DNA of 64,000 bases, taken from contig CAVRLS010000013.1 of NCBI GenBank assembly GCA_963722395.1, forward strand, positions 129,896 through 193,895. The letters run 5' to 3'. Made by a program: the position numbers and the translations under genes. This document shows, one piece after another, positions 19,701 to 28,429 of the stretch; position 1 is the stretch's first letter, and the number at the start of each line of letters is the position of its first letter. The notes beneath the pieces were generated by a model that saw only the letters and a list, made by a program, of their open reading frames with translations, did no database searches and was not told where the DNA came from. The stretch comes from an uncultured Acidobacteriota bacterium (GTDB lineage: Bacteria > Acidobacteriota > Vicinamibacteria > Vicinamibacterales > CAVVIG01).

Positions 19701-21166
19701 CACGTCTTGGCGCTCGGGAACATCACCGCTTCGAAGCCGCCGGGAAGCCGTTCGTCTATCTCGTGCCGAGCGCCGCGATCTTCGCGCTCGACGCCGGCCG
19801 CCGACGCGGTGCTGCAGGCGCTCGGGTCCGGGCCGCAGTCCCGCGACGAGCTCGCTGACGACTGTCTACCGGCCGATCTTCGGCCGACGAGGAGCTGGAC
19901 GCCACGGTCGACGAGCTGGTCACGGTGCGGGCGATCGGCCCGATCGCGCCGCCGCAGCCGATGCCGAAGATCCTGCCGCTGACAGCCGTTCCCGCTCGAC
20001 GACGATGGTGCTCAACGTGACCAACCAGTGCAACCTCGCGCTGCACCTACTGCTACGAGTACGGCGAGGACAAGATCGTCGACACCGAGAACGGCAAGAA
20101 GCCGAAGTTCATGACCGAGGAGACGGCGCGCGGCAGAGCGTCGACTTCATGCTCAAGGAGTCGGGCGACAACCAGGTGCGCCCACCTCACGTTCTTCGGC
20201 GGCGAGACGCTGATGAACTTCCCGGTGCTGAAGCAGACCATCGCCTACGCGCGGCAGCGGGCGGCGGAGGTCGGCAAGGAGGTCGACTTCAGCCTGACGA
20301 CCAACGCGACGCTGCTGCAAGCCGGAGATCATCGAGTTCCTCGTCGAGAACGACGTCGGCGTCACCATCTCGATCGACGGTCCGCCGGAGATGCAGGACA
20401 AGTTCCGCGTCTTCCACAACGGCACCGGCAGCTACGACATCGTGGCGCCGAAGATCAAGGAGCTGCTGCAGCAGCACCGCAACCGCCCGATCGGCGCGCG
20501 CGTCACGCTGACCGTCGGCAACCTCGACGTCACGCGCATCTACAGGCACCTGACCGAGGAGTTCGGCTTCCGCGAAGTCGGCTTCGCGCCGGTCACCACC
20601 GTCGTCGAAGCGCGACTACGCGCATCGACGAGCAGGGCTTCGACGACGATGCTCGACGCAGTTCCGCGCGCTGGCCGAGGAGTTCCTGGATGCGGCGGTC
20701 GAAGGGCCGTCATCACGGCTTCTCGAACGTCAAGGAGACGCTCGAGGAGATTCACAAGGGGATGAGCAAGGCGTATCCCGTGCGGCGCCGGCACTCGGGC
20801 TGATGGGCGTGTCCACCGACGGCGACGTGGCGCTGTGCCACCGCTTCGCCGGCTCCGACGACGCACAAGCTCGGCACCGTGCGCGACGGCATCGACCGCG
20901 CGGCGCAGGCGGCGTTCCTCGACACGCATCACGTCGCCGACAAGACCGACTGCAGCACCTGCTGGGCGCGCCCGGTCTGCTCGGGCGGCTGCTACCACGA
21001 GGCGCACACGCGCTACGGCGACACGACCAAGGCCAACCTGCACTACTGCGACTGGATCCGCGGCTGGACCGACGTCTGCCTGCAGATCTACGGCGAGCTC
21101 GCGGAGCGCAACCCCGCGTTCCTCGCGCAGTTCGATCGCGAGCCGACGGCCGAGAAGGTCAGCTAG
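19697..21166 (+). pseudogene. qhpD: radical SAM/SPASM peptide-crosslinking maturase, frameshifted as assembled
   Basis: MTRLGAREHHRFEAAGKPFVYLVPSAAIFALD. Radical-SAM site VLNVTNQCNLA.CTYCYEYGE. HLTFFGGETLMNFPVLKQTIAYAR, FSLTTNATLL, ISIDGPPEMQDKFRVFHNGTGSYD. SPASM end CGAG..MGVSTDGDVALCHRF and DCSTCWARPVCSGGCYHEAH..HYCDWIRGW. Pieces lie in ORFs 19666.., 20111.., 20391.., 20803.., 20879..21166. Confidence 0.85.
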
Positions 21167-21179
21167 CACCGAGGAGATC

Positions 21180-21548
21180 ATGAGACATCTGAAGGCAATC
21201 AATCAGAAGGCGGCTCGCATCGAGCAGTACGTCGAAGCGCAGCAGGAGGCGATTGCCGCCGCGGGCGACGGACGTCGTCGCGCTGCAGCGCGGCGGCCGC
21301 CGCAGCAGCCGGCCGGCCGCACATCCCGCTCGGCTGCTCGCTGGTCTTCTCGCCCGGCTGGGAAGTCGGATCGCACCGGCGGCACGGCCGGTCTCTGTCA
21401 GCCGGTCGAGCGCGACCTGTTCGACTGCCACATCGGCTGCTACTGGCCGGCGCAGGTGCCGGACCAGCTCAATCACGCCCCCGACTGGACCACCAAGTGC
21501 GCGGCCGCCCAGAAGGACTGGCGCAAGATCGACCTCGTCTTCCCGTAA
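21180..21548 (+). CDS. qhpC: quinohemoprotein amine dehydrogenase gamma-subunit precursor (CTQ/thioether peptide); internal compensated frame excursion
   Basis: RBS gaggag. Leader MRHLKAINQKAARIEQYVEAQQEAIAAAG. The core reads ..GCSLVFSPGWEV (other frame, ~21330-21366), then RTGGTAGLCQPVERDLFDCHIGCYWPAQVPDQLNHAPDWTTKCAAAQKDWRKIDLVFP. Cys/Glu/Asp/Trp spacing matches QHNDH gamma (see finding). Confidence 0.85.
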   Translation: MRHLKAINQKAARIEQYVEAQQEAIAAAGDGRRRAAARRPPQQPAGRTSRSAARWSSRPAGKSDRTGGTAGLCQPVERDLFDCHIGCYWPAQVPDQLNHAPDWTTKCAAAQKDWRKIDLVFP

Positions 21549-21568
21549 GGTCAGGAGCCGGATCAGCC

Positions 21569-22745
21569 ATGAGAGTTTCGTTCGGTTTCACACGCTGGCC
21601 GTCGCGCTCGCGCGTGTCCGCGCTGCTGGCGCCGCTCGGCGCCCAGGGCGAAGGCCAGGCGCCGGTGTCGGCCGGCAACGGCACGCTGTACGTCGGCATC
21701 GTTCCCGGACCACTTCTGGATGATCGACGAGGCCACCGCCACGATCACCGGGAAGATCCCGTTCACGTCCGGCATGCCCCGGCGCACGTCGCTGTCGCGC
21801 GATCGCACCCGCTTCTACACCGTCGAGGCGCAGCATGGAGAAGGTCGAGATCATCGACATCGCGTCGCGCAAGACGATCGACACGTTCACGCTGCAGCGA
21901 GGGCGAACAGCAAGGTCCGCATCAAGAGCGCTCGAGCCCGATCCGACGCACCGCTTCGTGATGATGGTCACCCGCACCGCGCACCGAAGCACATCGACCG
22001 CTGGGAGATCGGGCCGTCGGCGCTCGTGCAGTACGACCTCGCGCACGCACAAGATCGCGCGCACGCATCCCGTGGCCGAACGGCGAGGAGCGCGAGAACG
22101 CCAACGATCCAGTTCTCGCCCGACGGCAAGCTGATGTACCTGTTCAGCGAGCAGGACGTCCTGATCTACGAGACCACCGACGTTCACGCAGGTCGACAAG
22201 TGGGAGCTCTCGAAGCCGGTCGAGGAGGGCTTCGGCGCGCTTCGAGTTCGGTCAGATCGACGCCGTCAACGACGAGCCCGGCTTCTACACCGCGCATCTT
22301 CACACGTGCAGGATCCGGTGCAGAACCGCCGCATGATGGGCATCGGCCGCGTCAACCTGGCGGCCAAGACGGTCGACTTCTACACCCTCGGTCCGGCGAC
22401 GCAGGTCGGGCTTCACGATGGCGCCCGAGCCGCAAGGTGGCCTACGGCCTGATGTCAGCGAGATCGGCCACTACGAGTTCTGGAAGTTCGACCTCGAGGG
22501 ACGAGCGGGTCGCCGCGCGCGCCGAGTTCGAGGGCCGCCCGCGCATGTCGCTCGAAGACCAGCTCGAACGGCAAGGTGCTCTACATCTACAACGCCGGCG
22601 AGACGATCGACCTCTACGACGCCGACGACCTTCAAGTTCATGAAGACGATCGACCTCGACGGCGACATGACCACCGACATGTTCGTCGTTCCCGGTCCGG
22701 CGTCCGGCACGAGCCGACCACCTCGCGCCGAAGGTCGCACGATGA
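21569..22745 (+). pseudogene. qhpB: quinohemoprotein amine dehydrogenase beta subunit (beta-propeller), frameshifted as assembled
   Basis: RBS aggag, then MRVSF... signal. Propeller-like pieces across frames: GNGTLYVGIVPGP, MIDEATATITGKIPFTSGMPRRTSLSRDRTRFYTVEA, MEKVEIIDIASRKTIDTFTL, IQFSPDGKLMYLFSEQDVLIYETT, HYEFWKFDLE, VLYIYNAGETIDLYDAD, FKFMKTIDLDGDMTTDMFVVPGP. The exact stop is uncertain. Confidence 0.7.
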
Positions 22746-24491
22746 TCGATCCGCGACCTGCGCCGCGCGCTCCGGTTCGTGGCCCCGTACTGGCGGCGGC
22801 TGGCGCTGGTGCTGCTGCTCAGCCTGCTCAGCACCGCGCTGTCGCTTGTATCTGCCGCTGCTCTCGCGCGACTTCTTCGACCGCGCGCTGCTCGGGCGCG
22901 ACCCGTCCTGCGCTGCGTCCGGATCGTCGCTGCTGTTCGCGGGCGTCACCTCGTCGGCTTCGTCGCTCAACGTCGTCAGCGGCCTGCGCTACACGCGCGT
23001 GTCGGCCGACATCCTGTTCGACATGCGGCTGGACGATGTACCGCCACCTGCAGCGGCTGTCGCCGCGCTTCTACGCGCGCACGCGGCTCGGCGACATCAT
23101 GTCGCGCATCAACAACGACATCGGCGAGATCCAGCGCGTCGCCGCCGAGGCGGCGCTGGCCTGGGTCGGCAACGTGCTGTTCCTCGTCGGCACCGTCGGT
23201 GATGCTCGCCTGGCTCGACCTGCGGCTGTTCCTGCTGACCACGTGCACGGCGCCGTTCGGCCTCTGGGCGCTGCGTGCACTACCGCCGGCGGCTCGAGGG
23301 CAGGTCGCGCACGCTGCGCGAGACGCAGCGCCGACATCGGCAGCTTCCTGATCGAGACGCTCCAGGCGCATGCGGCTGGTCGTCACTTCGCAACGCGCAG
23401 GAGCGCGAGGTCGACGCGCTTCCGCAGGCGGAACGACGCCTTCATCGACGCGCTGATGTCGATGCAGATGGCTGTCGTACCTGTCGGGCGGCCTGCCTGG
23501 GCTGCTTCTGTCGGCGGGCACCGGCATGGTGTTCGTCTACGGCGGGCTGCGCGTGATCGACGGCGACGCTGACCGTCGGCACCTTCGTCGCCTTCATGGC
23601 CTACCAGATGCGCTTCCTGCCGCCGCTCCAGGCGCTGATGGGGCTGTACGCGAGCGTCGCGACGGCGCGGGTGTCGCTGCGGCGCGTCGCGGAGATCCTC
23701 GAGGCCCCGGTCGAGGTCGCAGGAGCGCCCGACGCCGGTGTCGCCATCTCCGTGCGCGGGCGCCTCGAGTTCGACAACGTCACGTTGTCGTTCGACCGCG
23801 GCCGTGCCGGTGCTCGACCAGCTGTCGTTCGCGGCCGACCCCGGCGAGGTGCTTGCCATCGTCGGGCCCGAGCGGCAGCGGCAAGTCGACGATCGCCGAT
23901 CTGTTGGTCCGCCTGCTCGATCCCGACGACGGTATCGTCCGGCTCGACGGCCACGACCTGCGACGTCTCCGGCTGCGCCGACCTGCGGCGCCACGTCGCC
24001 GTCGTCGAGCAGGACCCGTGCATGCTGCACGCCTCGATCGCCGACAACATCCGCTACGCCGCGCCCGAGGCAACCGACGCCGAGGTGCGGCGGCGGCGCG
24101 GCAGGCGGCGCTCGAGCCGTTCATCGCAGCCTTGCCGCAGGGCTACGACACCGTCGTCGGCGAGCGCGGCGCGGCGCTGTCGGCCGGCGAGCGGCAGCGT
24201 ATCGCGACCGCCCGGGCGTTTCTCGCCGATCCGGCGGTGCTCATCCTCGACGAGCCGACGGCGGCGCTCGATCCGGTGTCCGAGCGCGAGGTGATCGACG
24301 GGTACGAAGCGGTGATGCGCGGCCGCACGACGATCGTCATCACGCATCGGCTCGACGTGGCAAGCCGCGCCGACCGGGTGCTGGTGCTGGATGGATCGAG
24401 GCTGGTGGAGCAGGGGGCCCCAGCCGAACTGGCGCTCCGCGATGGGCGCTATGCCAACCTCTTCCCGGCGCAGCATGCGCAGGCACACTGA
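22742..24491 (+). pseudogene. qhpF: ABC exporter (fused TMD-NBD, type I) of the qhp cluster, frameshifted as assembled
   Basis: [105 protein letters not shown]. Walker A region [16 protein letters not shown] (read across a break), [34 protein letters not shown]. The last break is near 24100. Confidence 0.8.
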
Positions 24492-25176
24492 GCCGTCCGG
24501 CGCGGGCGTTCGCATTGCGGTCATCGACAGTGGCGTCCACGCCGCTCATCCGCACATAGAAGGAGTAGCGGGCGGGGTAGCGATAGGGGCGGGTGGGGCG
24601 CAGTCGGACGACTTCGTCGACCGGATCGGCCACGGCACGGCGGTCATGGCGGCCATCAAGGACCATGCTCCAGCCGCTGCGTGCTACGCCGTCCGTATCT
24701 TCGACTCGCGGCTCACTGCCTCGGCGTCGACGCTGATTGCAGCCATCGACTGGGCCATCGGCGCGCGCGTGCATCTGATCAACCTGAGCCTTGGGTCGTC
24801 CAATCCGTCGCACGAGGAGGCGTTCACCGGCGCCGTGGCACGCGCCGAGGCCGCTGGCGTCGCTCTGGTTTCCGCGCGAGACGATCAGGGCGTGTGGTGG
24901 CTGCCAGGCCGCTTGCCGGGCGTCGTGCAGGTTCAGTCCGACTGGGAATGCTCTCGCGGTGACTTGCGGGTCGTCCGCCTCGACGGGCAGCGCGTCTTTC
25001 GCGCCTCGGGCTTTGCCAGGCCGATTCCTGGAGTCGACCCTCGTCGCAACCTCCACGGCGTCAGCTTCGCGGTGGCCAACCTGACAGGCCTCCTTGCCAG
25101 AGCCATGAGTCTTGCGCCAGAGCTGTCGACTATCGCCGTGCTCGACAGGCTCGAGCGCACCGGCGTCGCTGTCTGA
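24475..25176 (+). CDS. qhpE: small subtilisin-like serine protease (QhpE-type leader peptidase)
   Basis: Intact 233 aa. Asp region VRIAVIDSGV, His region DRIGHGTAVMAAI, Ser region HGVSFAVANLTGLLA. Overlaps the qhpF stop by 17 nt. Confidence 0.75.
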   Translation: MRRHTEPSGAGVRIAVIDSGVHAAHPHIEGVAGGVAIGAGGAQSDDFVDRIGHGTAVMAAIKDHAPAAACYAVRIFDSRLTASASTLIAAIDWAIGARVHLINLSLGSSNPSHEEAFTGAVARAEAAGVALVSARDDQGVWWLPGRLPGVVQVQSDWECSRGDLRVVRLDGQRVFRASGFARPIPGVDPRRNLHGVSFAVANLTGLLARAMSLAPELSTIAVLDRLERTGVAV

Positions 25177-25189
25177 CGCGTGTGCGAGC

Positions 25190-25350
25190 GGGATGCAGCT
25201 GTCGACCTTCAGATCGCCGACAAAAGGGGCGCCGATGGTCGCACCGTTGATCGTGAGGGTCCACCACGTTGTCATACCAGCCGTAATAGGCCGGCGTGAC
25301 GCTGGCGCCGAATCCCAGCTCGGGATAGCTGGGAAGCAGCTGGGGGCCAT
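25190..25350 (-). pseudogene. internally deleted relic of a paralogue of the 25544..26434 gene
   Basis: DNA 25267-25346 aligns with 26281-26360 (..gtcgtaccagccgtcaaaggccggggtgacgct.. vs ..gtcataccagccgtaataggccggcgtgacgct..). DNA 25241-25268 aligns with 26058-26089. The ~190 bp between these blocks in the intact gene is missing. Peptide traces QLLPSYPELGFGASVTPAYYGWYDN and WWTLTINGATIG. No signal peptide, start or C-terminus. Confidence 0.7.
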
Positions 25351-25477
25351 GCCGCTGGAAACATCAATAAAACGGCGGTTTTTGATCGATTCCTGCGAGG
25401 ACGCCCAGAATGCGTGGGGAGATTTCCCCGGAGCTAGCGGGTTTTCACGTATCCGGAATCGGATAGCGATGGCGGGA

Positions 25478-25520
25478 AAGACAAAACGGGCCTCCCCGCG
25501 TCGCGGAGAGGCCCGTCTTT
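25478..25520 (-). terminator. rho-independent terminator of the 25544..26434 gene
   Basis: Minus strand: acgggcctcuccgcg-a-cgcggggaggcccgu followed by uuugucuuu. Confidence 0.7.
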
Positions 25521-25543
25521 CAGATCCAACGACTGCGGACGTC

Positions 25544-26434
25544 TTACTTGACGTTGACCTTGATCATGGCGGTCGTCCAGCAGCACGCGGTCGCGCCGCC
25601 CCCCTTTTCGGAGTAGTCGGTCAGAAGGACGTGCACGATGTAGTCGCCAGGCTTGTCGAAGGTGACCGTGCCCGAGGCCTTGCCGGCGAAAGCCTCCATC
25701 GGCTTGCCGCCCTTGCTGGCGGTGAAGTGGAAGCCCTCGGACTTCACGTTGCCGGGCCCGCGGTATTTGGTGATTTCGGCTTCGACGACCGGAGGCGTGC
25801 GGGTCATCGCCGCATTGGTGCCGCTCGAGTAAAGCGCATCGTCTTCCGCCCAGAGTTCGAGCGGCATCGGCACGTTGACCGTAGCCGTCTTCGAAATGGC
25901 GGAGGCGACCGTTGCCACCGGATTCTGGATGGCGGGGCCGCCTTCGGTGAAGCGCAGGACCGGCGGCACGTTGTACTTGCCGTTGGGTGATTCTTCGGAC
26001 GACTTCTGCGGCGTGATGTTGAAGTCGGGGCTCATGATCAGGCCGATGCGTGACGTGACGCCGTTGACCGTGAGCGACCACCACAGACGTTCGGTTGCGC
26101 CGAACGCCTTCGGGACGGTGATCGTGAACATGCCGAAGTTGCGGTTCGGCATGAAGTAGGTCGGCTGGCCTCGATCCGGATCGCCAGGCTCGAACTTGTT
26201 GTTCGGGCCGATTGGGATCTCGACATTGACGTTCCAGTTGCGGTTGTAGTAGCCGATCAGGAAGGTATGCGTGCCGTCCGGGTTGTCGTACCAGCCGTCA
26301 AAGGCCGGGGTGACGCTTGCCCCGAATCCCAGCTTTGGGCTGCTCGGAAGGAGCTGGCCCTGGGCCGAAACCATTGCACCGCCGGCGGCGAGCGCGGCAA
26401 CCGTCGCAAGGCGCAGAATCGTTCGTGAATTCAT
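25544..26434 (-). CDS. secreted hypothetical protein (partner of the PHM-like monooxygenase?)
   Basis: Intact 296 aa. Signal peptide MNSRTILRLATVAALAAGGAMVSAQG. No family recognised. C-terminal ..GGGATACCWTTAMIKVNVK. Confidence 0.6.
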   Translation of the reverse strand: MNSRTILRLATVAALAAGGAMVSAQGQLLPSSPKLGFGASVTPAFDGWYDNPDGTHTFLIGYYNRNWNVNVEIPIGPNNKFEPGDPDRGQPTYFMPNRNFGMFTITVPKAFGATERLWWSLTVNGVTSRIGLIMSPDFNITPQKSSEESPNGKYNVPPVLRFTEGGPAIQNPVATVASAISKTATVNVPMPLELWAEDDALYSSGTNAAMTRTPPVVEAEITKYRGPGNVKSEGFHFTASKGGKPMEAFAGKASGTVTFDKPGDYIVHVLLTDYSEKGGGATACCWTTAMIKVNVK

Positions 26435-26551
26435 GCTGACTCTCTACCGAAGAAGGTGTTCCGGGAGTTAATACCGAGCCGCCTGTATGTCATGCGGCAA
26501 GCGGGTCGATTGTAACCGAGGTAAAGGGCGCGGAAAACCATAAATGTCGAC

Positions 26552-26586
26552 AAAAAAGGGGACCGGAGCATTCGCTCCGATCCCCT
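26552..26586 (-). terminator. rho-independent terminator of the PHM-like gene
   Basis: Minus strand: ggggaucggagc-gaau-gcuccggucccc followed by uuuuuug, 29 nt after the stop at 26615. Confidence 0.75.
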
Positions 26587-26614
26587 TGTTCCGTCCGGCT
26601 CGGTTAGAGCGGGC

Positions 26615-28027
26615 TTACTGCTGCTGCTGGGTGGCCGCGGCCGGCTTGACGCCGTTCGTGACACCCTCGCCGTACTTCGCGACGCGCTCGGCGTACTCGG
26701 CGTCGTTCAGGTAGACGACGTTCATCCAGGCGTGCGCCATCTCGTCGACCGTGCGGTCGCCGTAACCCACCCACTGTTCCGGGTCGGGGTTGGCCTTGTT
26801 CGCCTTCGTGTTGTCGTAGAAGGCGGTGACGTGAATGATGGTGCCCTTCGGGAACACCGGCGAGGCCTCATCCTTGTAGATGTAGTTGGTCATCCAGTTG
26901 AAGTTGAAGTCCTTCACGTAGGAGATGACCTGGCTGCGGCCGTCCGGGAAGATCGCCTCGACCTGCATCGCCTTGCCACGCAGGTGGAAGTGCGGCTGGA
27001 AGTTGGTGATGATGGTGTTCTCACGCAGGACGGTGAAGCCCTCCGTGTGTGCCACCGAGTTCGGCGGAATGTCGAGACCGGCCGTGCCGTTCTTCAGGCC
27101 GCTGAAAGCCACGAGGTAGCTGCGCTTGGTCGGCTCTTCGCCCTTCTTGTAGAGCCACAGGCCGATTTCCGAACCGCCCTTGATTTCCTCGCCCATGGCG
27201 TGAACGTGCTGGTCCCAGGAGATTTTTTCACCTGGCATGATCAGCTTGCCGGTGCCGTCCAGGTAGCGGTCGTAGCCCTTGCCGATCGCCCATTCCATGA
27301 TCTGGGGACGACGGTTGACCAGTTCAGCGGCCTGCTGGGCAGGGGTGAGAGCGGCGCCGCCCGGCCGACCACCGCCGATGCCGGTGTTCACGGCAGCGGT
27401 GTTCTCGGGGTTCAGGACGTGATACGCGATCGAGTGATGGAGAATCTTGCGGGCGTTGAGGTTGGTCGGACGAATCTCGACCATCCGGACCCAGCGGGGC
27501 TCGGTGACCGGAATATCGCTGACCGGACGCCACCACTGGTCCTGCGAGACCGCAGGCATGGTGTATTCGGGCGACTTCACCACGAGGTCGGGTGCGCCGT
27601 AGCCGTCGCGCTCACCCTGCCAGAACAGCGAGGTGGCGACCGGCTTGGCCTTGAAGTCGGCCGGGTTGCCCTCGAGGGCGCCGCCGTCGACCCACGCCAC
27701 GACCGTCGCGACCTGCTCATCGGTCAGCGACATGTCGTTCTTGAACTTCGTGACGCCGACACTGCGGTCGATGTGCCACGGCGGCATCTGGCGCGATTCA
27801 ACGCGCTGCTTGATCGAGCGGGCCCACGGGCGCGCATCCTGGTAGGTGACCAGGGACATCGGGCCGATCGAGCCGGGTTCGTGGCACGACTGGCACTTGG
27901 ACTGGAAAATGGGCGCTACGTCCTTGCTGAACGTCACCTGCTTGCCCTGCTGCGCGAACGCAGCGCCGGGCAGCGCGAGGAATGCGCCGACGGCGATTCC
28001 AAGGTGGAGCTTCGAACCATGCATCAT
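26615..28027 (-). CDS. periplasmic c-type haem + PHM/DBH-like (copper type II ascorbate-dependent monooxygenase fold) protein
   Basis: Intact 470 aa. Signal peptide, then haem motif CQSCHEPGSIGPMSL. Ordered His/Met candidates KILHHSIAYH, WDQHVHAMG, FQPHFHLRGKAM and DEMAHAWM mirror the HH..H / HxH..M copper ligands of PHM. Confidence 0.6.
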   Translation of the reverse strand: MMHGSKLHLGIAVGAFLALPGAAFAQQGKQVTFSKDVAPIFQSKCQSCHEPGSIGPMSLVTYQDARPWARSIKQRVESRQMPPWHIDRSVGVTKFKNDMSLTDEQVATVVAWVDGGALEGNPADFKAKPVATSLFWQGERDGYGAPDLVVKSPEYTMPAVSQDQWWRPVSDIPVTEPRWVRMVEIRPTNLNARKILHHSIAYHVLNPENTAAVNTGIGGGRPGGAALTPAQQAAELVNRRPQIMEWAIGKGYDRYLDGTGKLIMPGEKISWDQHVHAMGEEIKGGSEIGLWLYKKGEEPTKRSYLVAFSGLKNGTAGLDIPPNSVAHTEGFTVLRENTIITNFQPHFHLRGKAMQVEAIFPDGRSQVISYVKDFNFNWMTNYIYKDEASPVFPKGTIIHVTAFYDNTKANKANPDPEQWVGYGDRTVDEMAHAWMNVVYLNDAEYAERVAKYGEGVTNGVKPAAATQQQQ

Positions 28028-28429
28028 TTAGGCTCCTCTTTCGTCTTCCTATTGCGAACGACCCGTTTACCAAACCGCACCAAACAGACGGGCGGATGAC
28101 TTCAGCGGTATCTTCTGGTCGGCGCCGGAGATCCGCAACACCGCGAATTCCCGACGACTCCCATCGAACGCCGAGGGACTTATCCCTCTGGATGCAGATT
28201 ATTCCCCCGCGACCGTTCGGGCGCAATATCCAATATCAAAGAGGGCTAAAGGAGGAGCTTGCCGGCGCGCGGGCCGTCTCGACGGCGTGGTACACTCTTC
28301 GGCCGGTACAGGTCCCGAAATATTTCGTCCGATACAGCAACCAACACGGCCACACCCGCCGTGCGCCCCCACCGGGAGGGGCACGCGCGCGCTCCGGATG
28401 TAAAGCATGGAAGGTAGGATTGTAGGGGT

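Noticed and set aside
14670-24110. Programmed ribosomal frameshifting or recoding as the explanation for the frame changes
   Set aside because: The switches are far too many (dozens, in both directions, in unrelated genes). I saw no recurrent slippery heptamer or stimulatory structure at the junctions. Indel error or recent indels are the simpler explanations.
17950-25176. Radical SAM/SPASM enzyme + small Cys-rich peptide + subtilisin-like protease + ABC exporter as a novel RiPP (ranthipeptide/sactipeptide-like) biosynthetic cluster
   Set aside because: The flanking di-haem cytochrome and propeller subunits, and the exact Cys/Glu/Asp/Trp register of the peptide, identify it as the known QHNDH enzyme-maturation system. 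It is not a secreted natural product.
28028-28429. 400-bp, lower-GC divergent intergenic region upstream of sucA as a riboswitch, sRNA or tRNA locus
   Set aside because: I could not recognise any conserved RNA motif, cloverleaf or strong secondary structure by eye. It most likely holds divergent promoters. Covariance-model scanning would be needed to say more.
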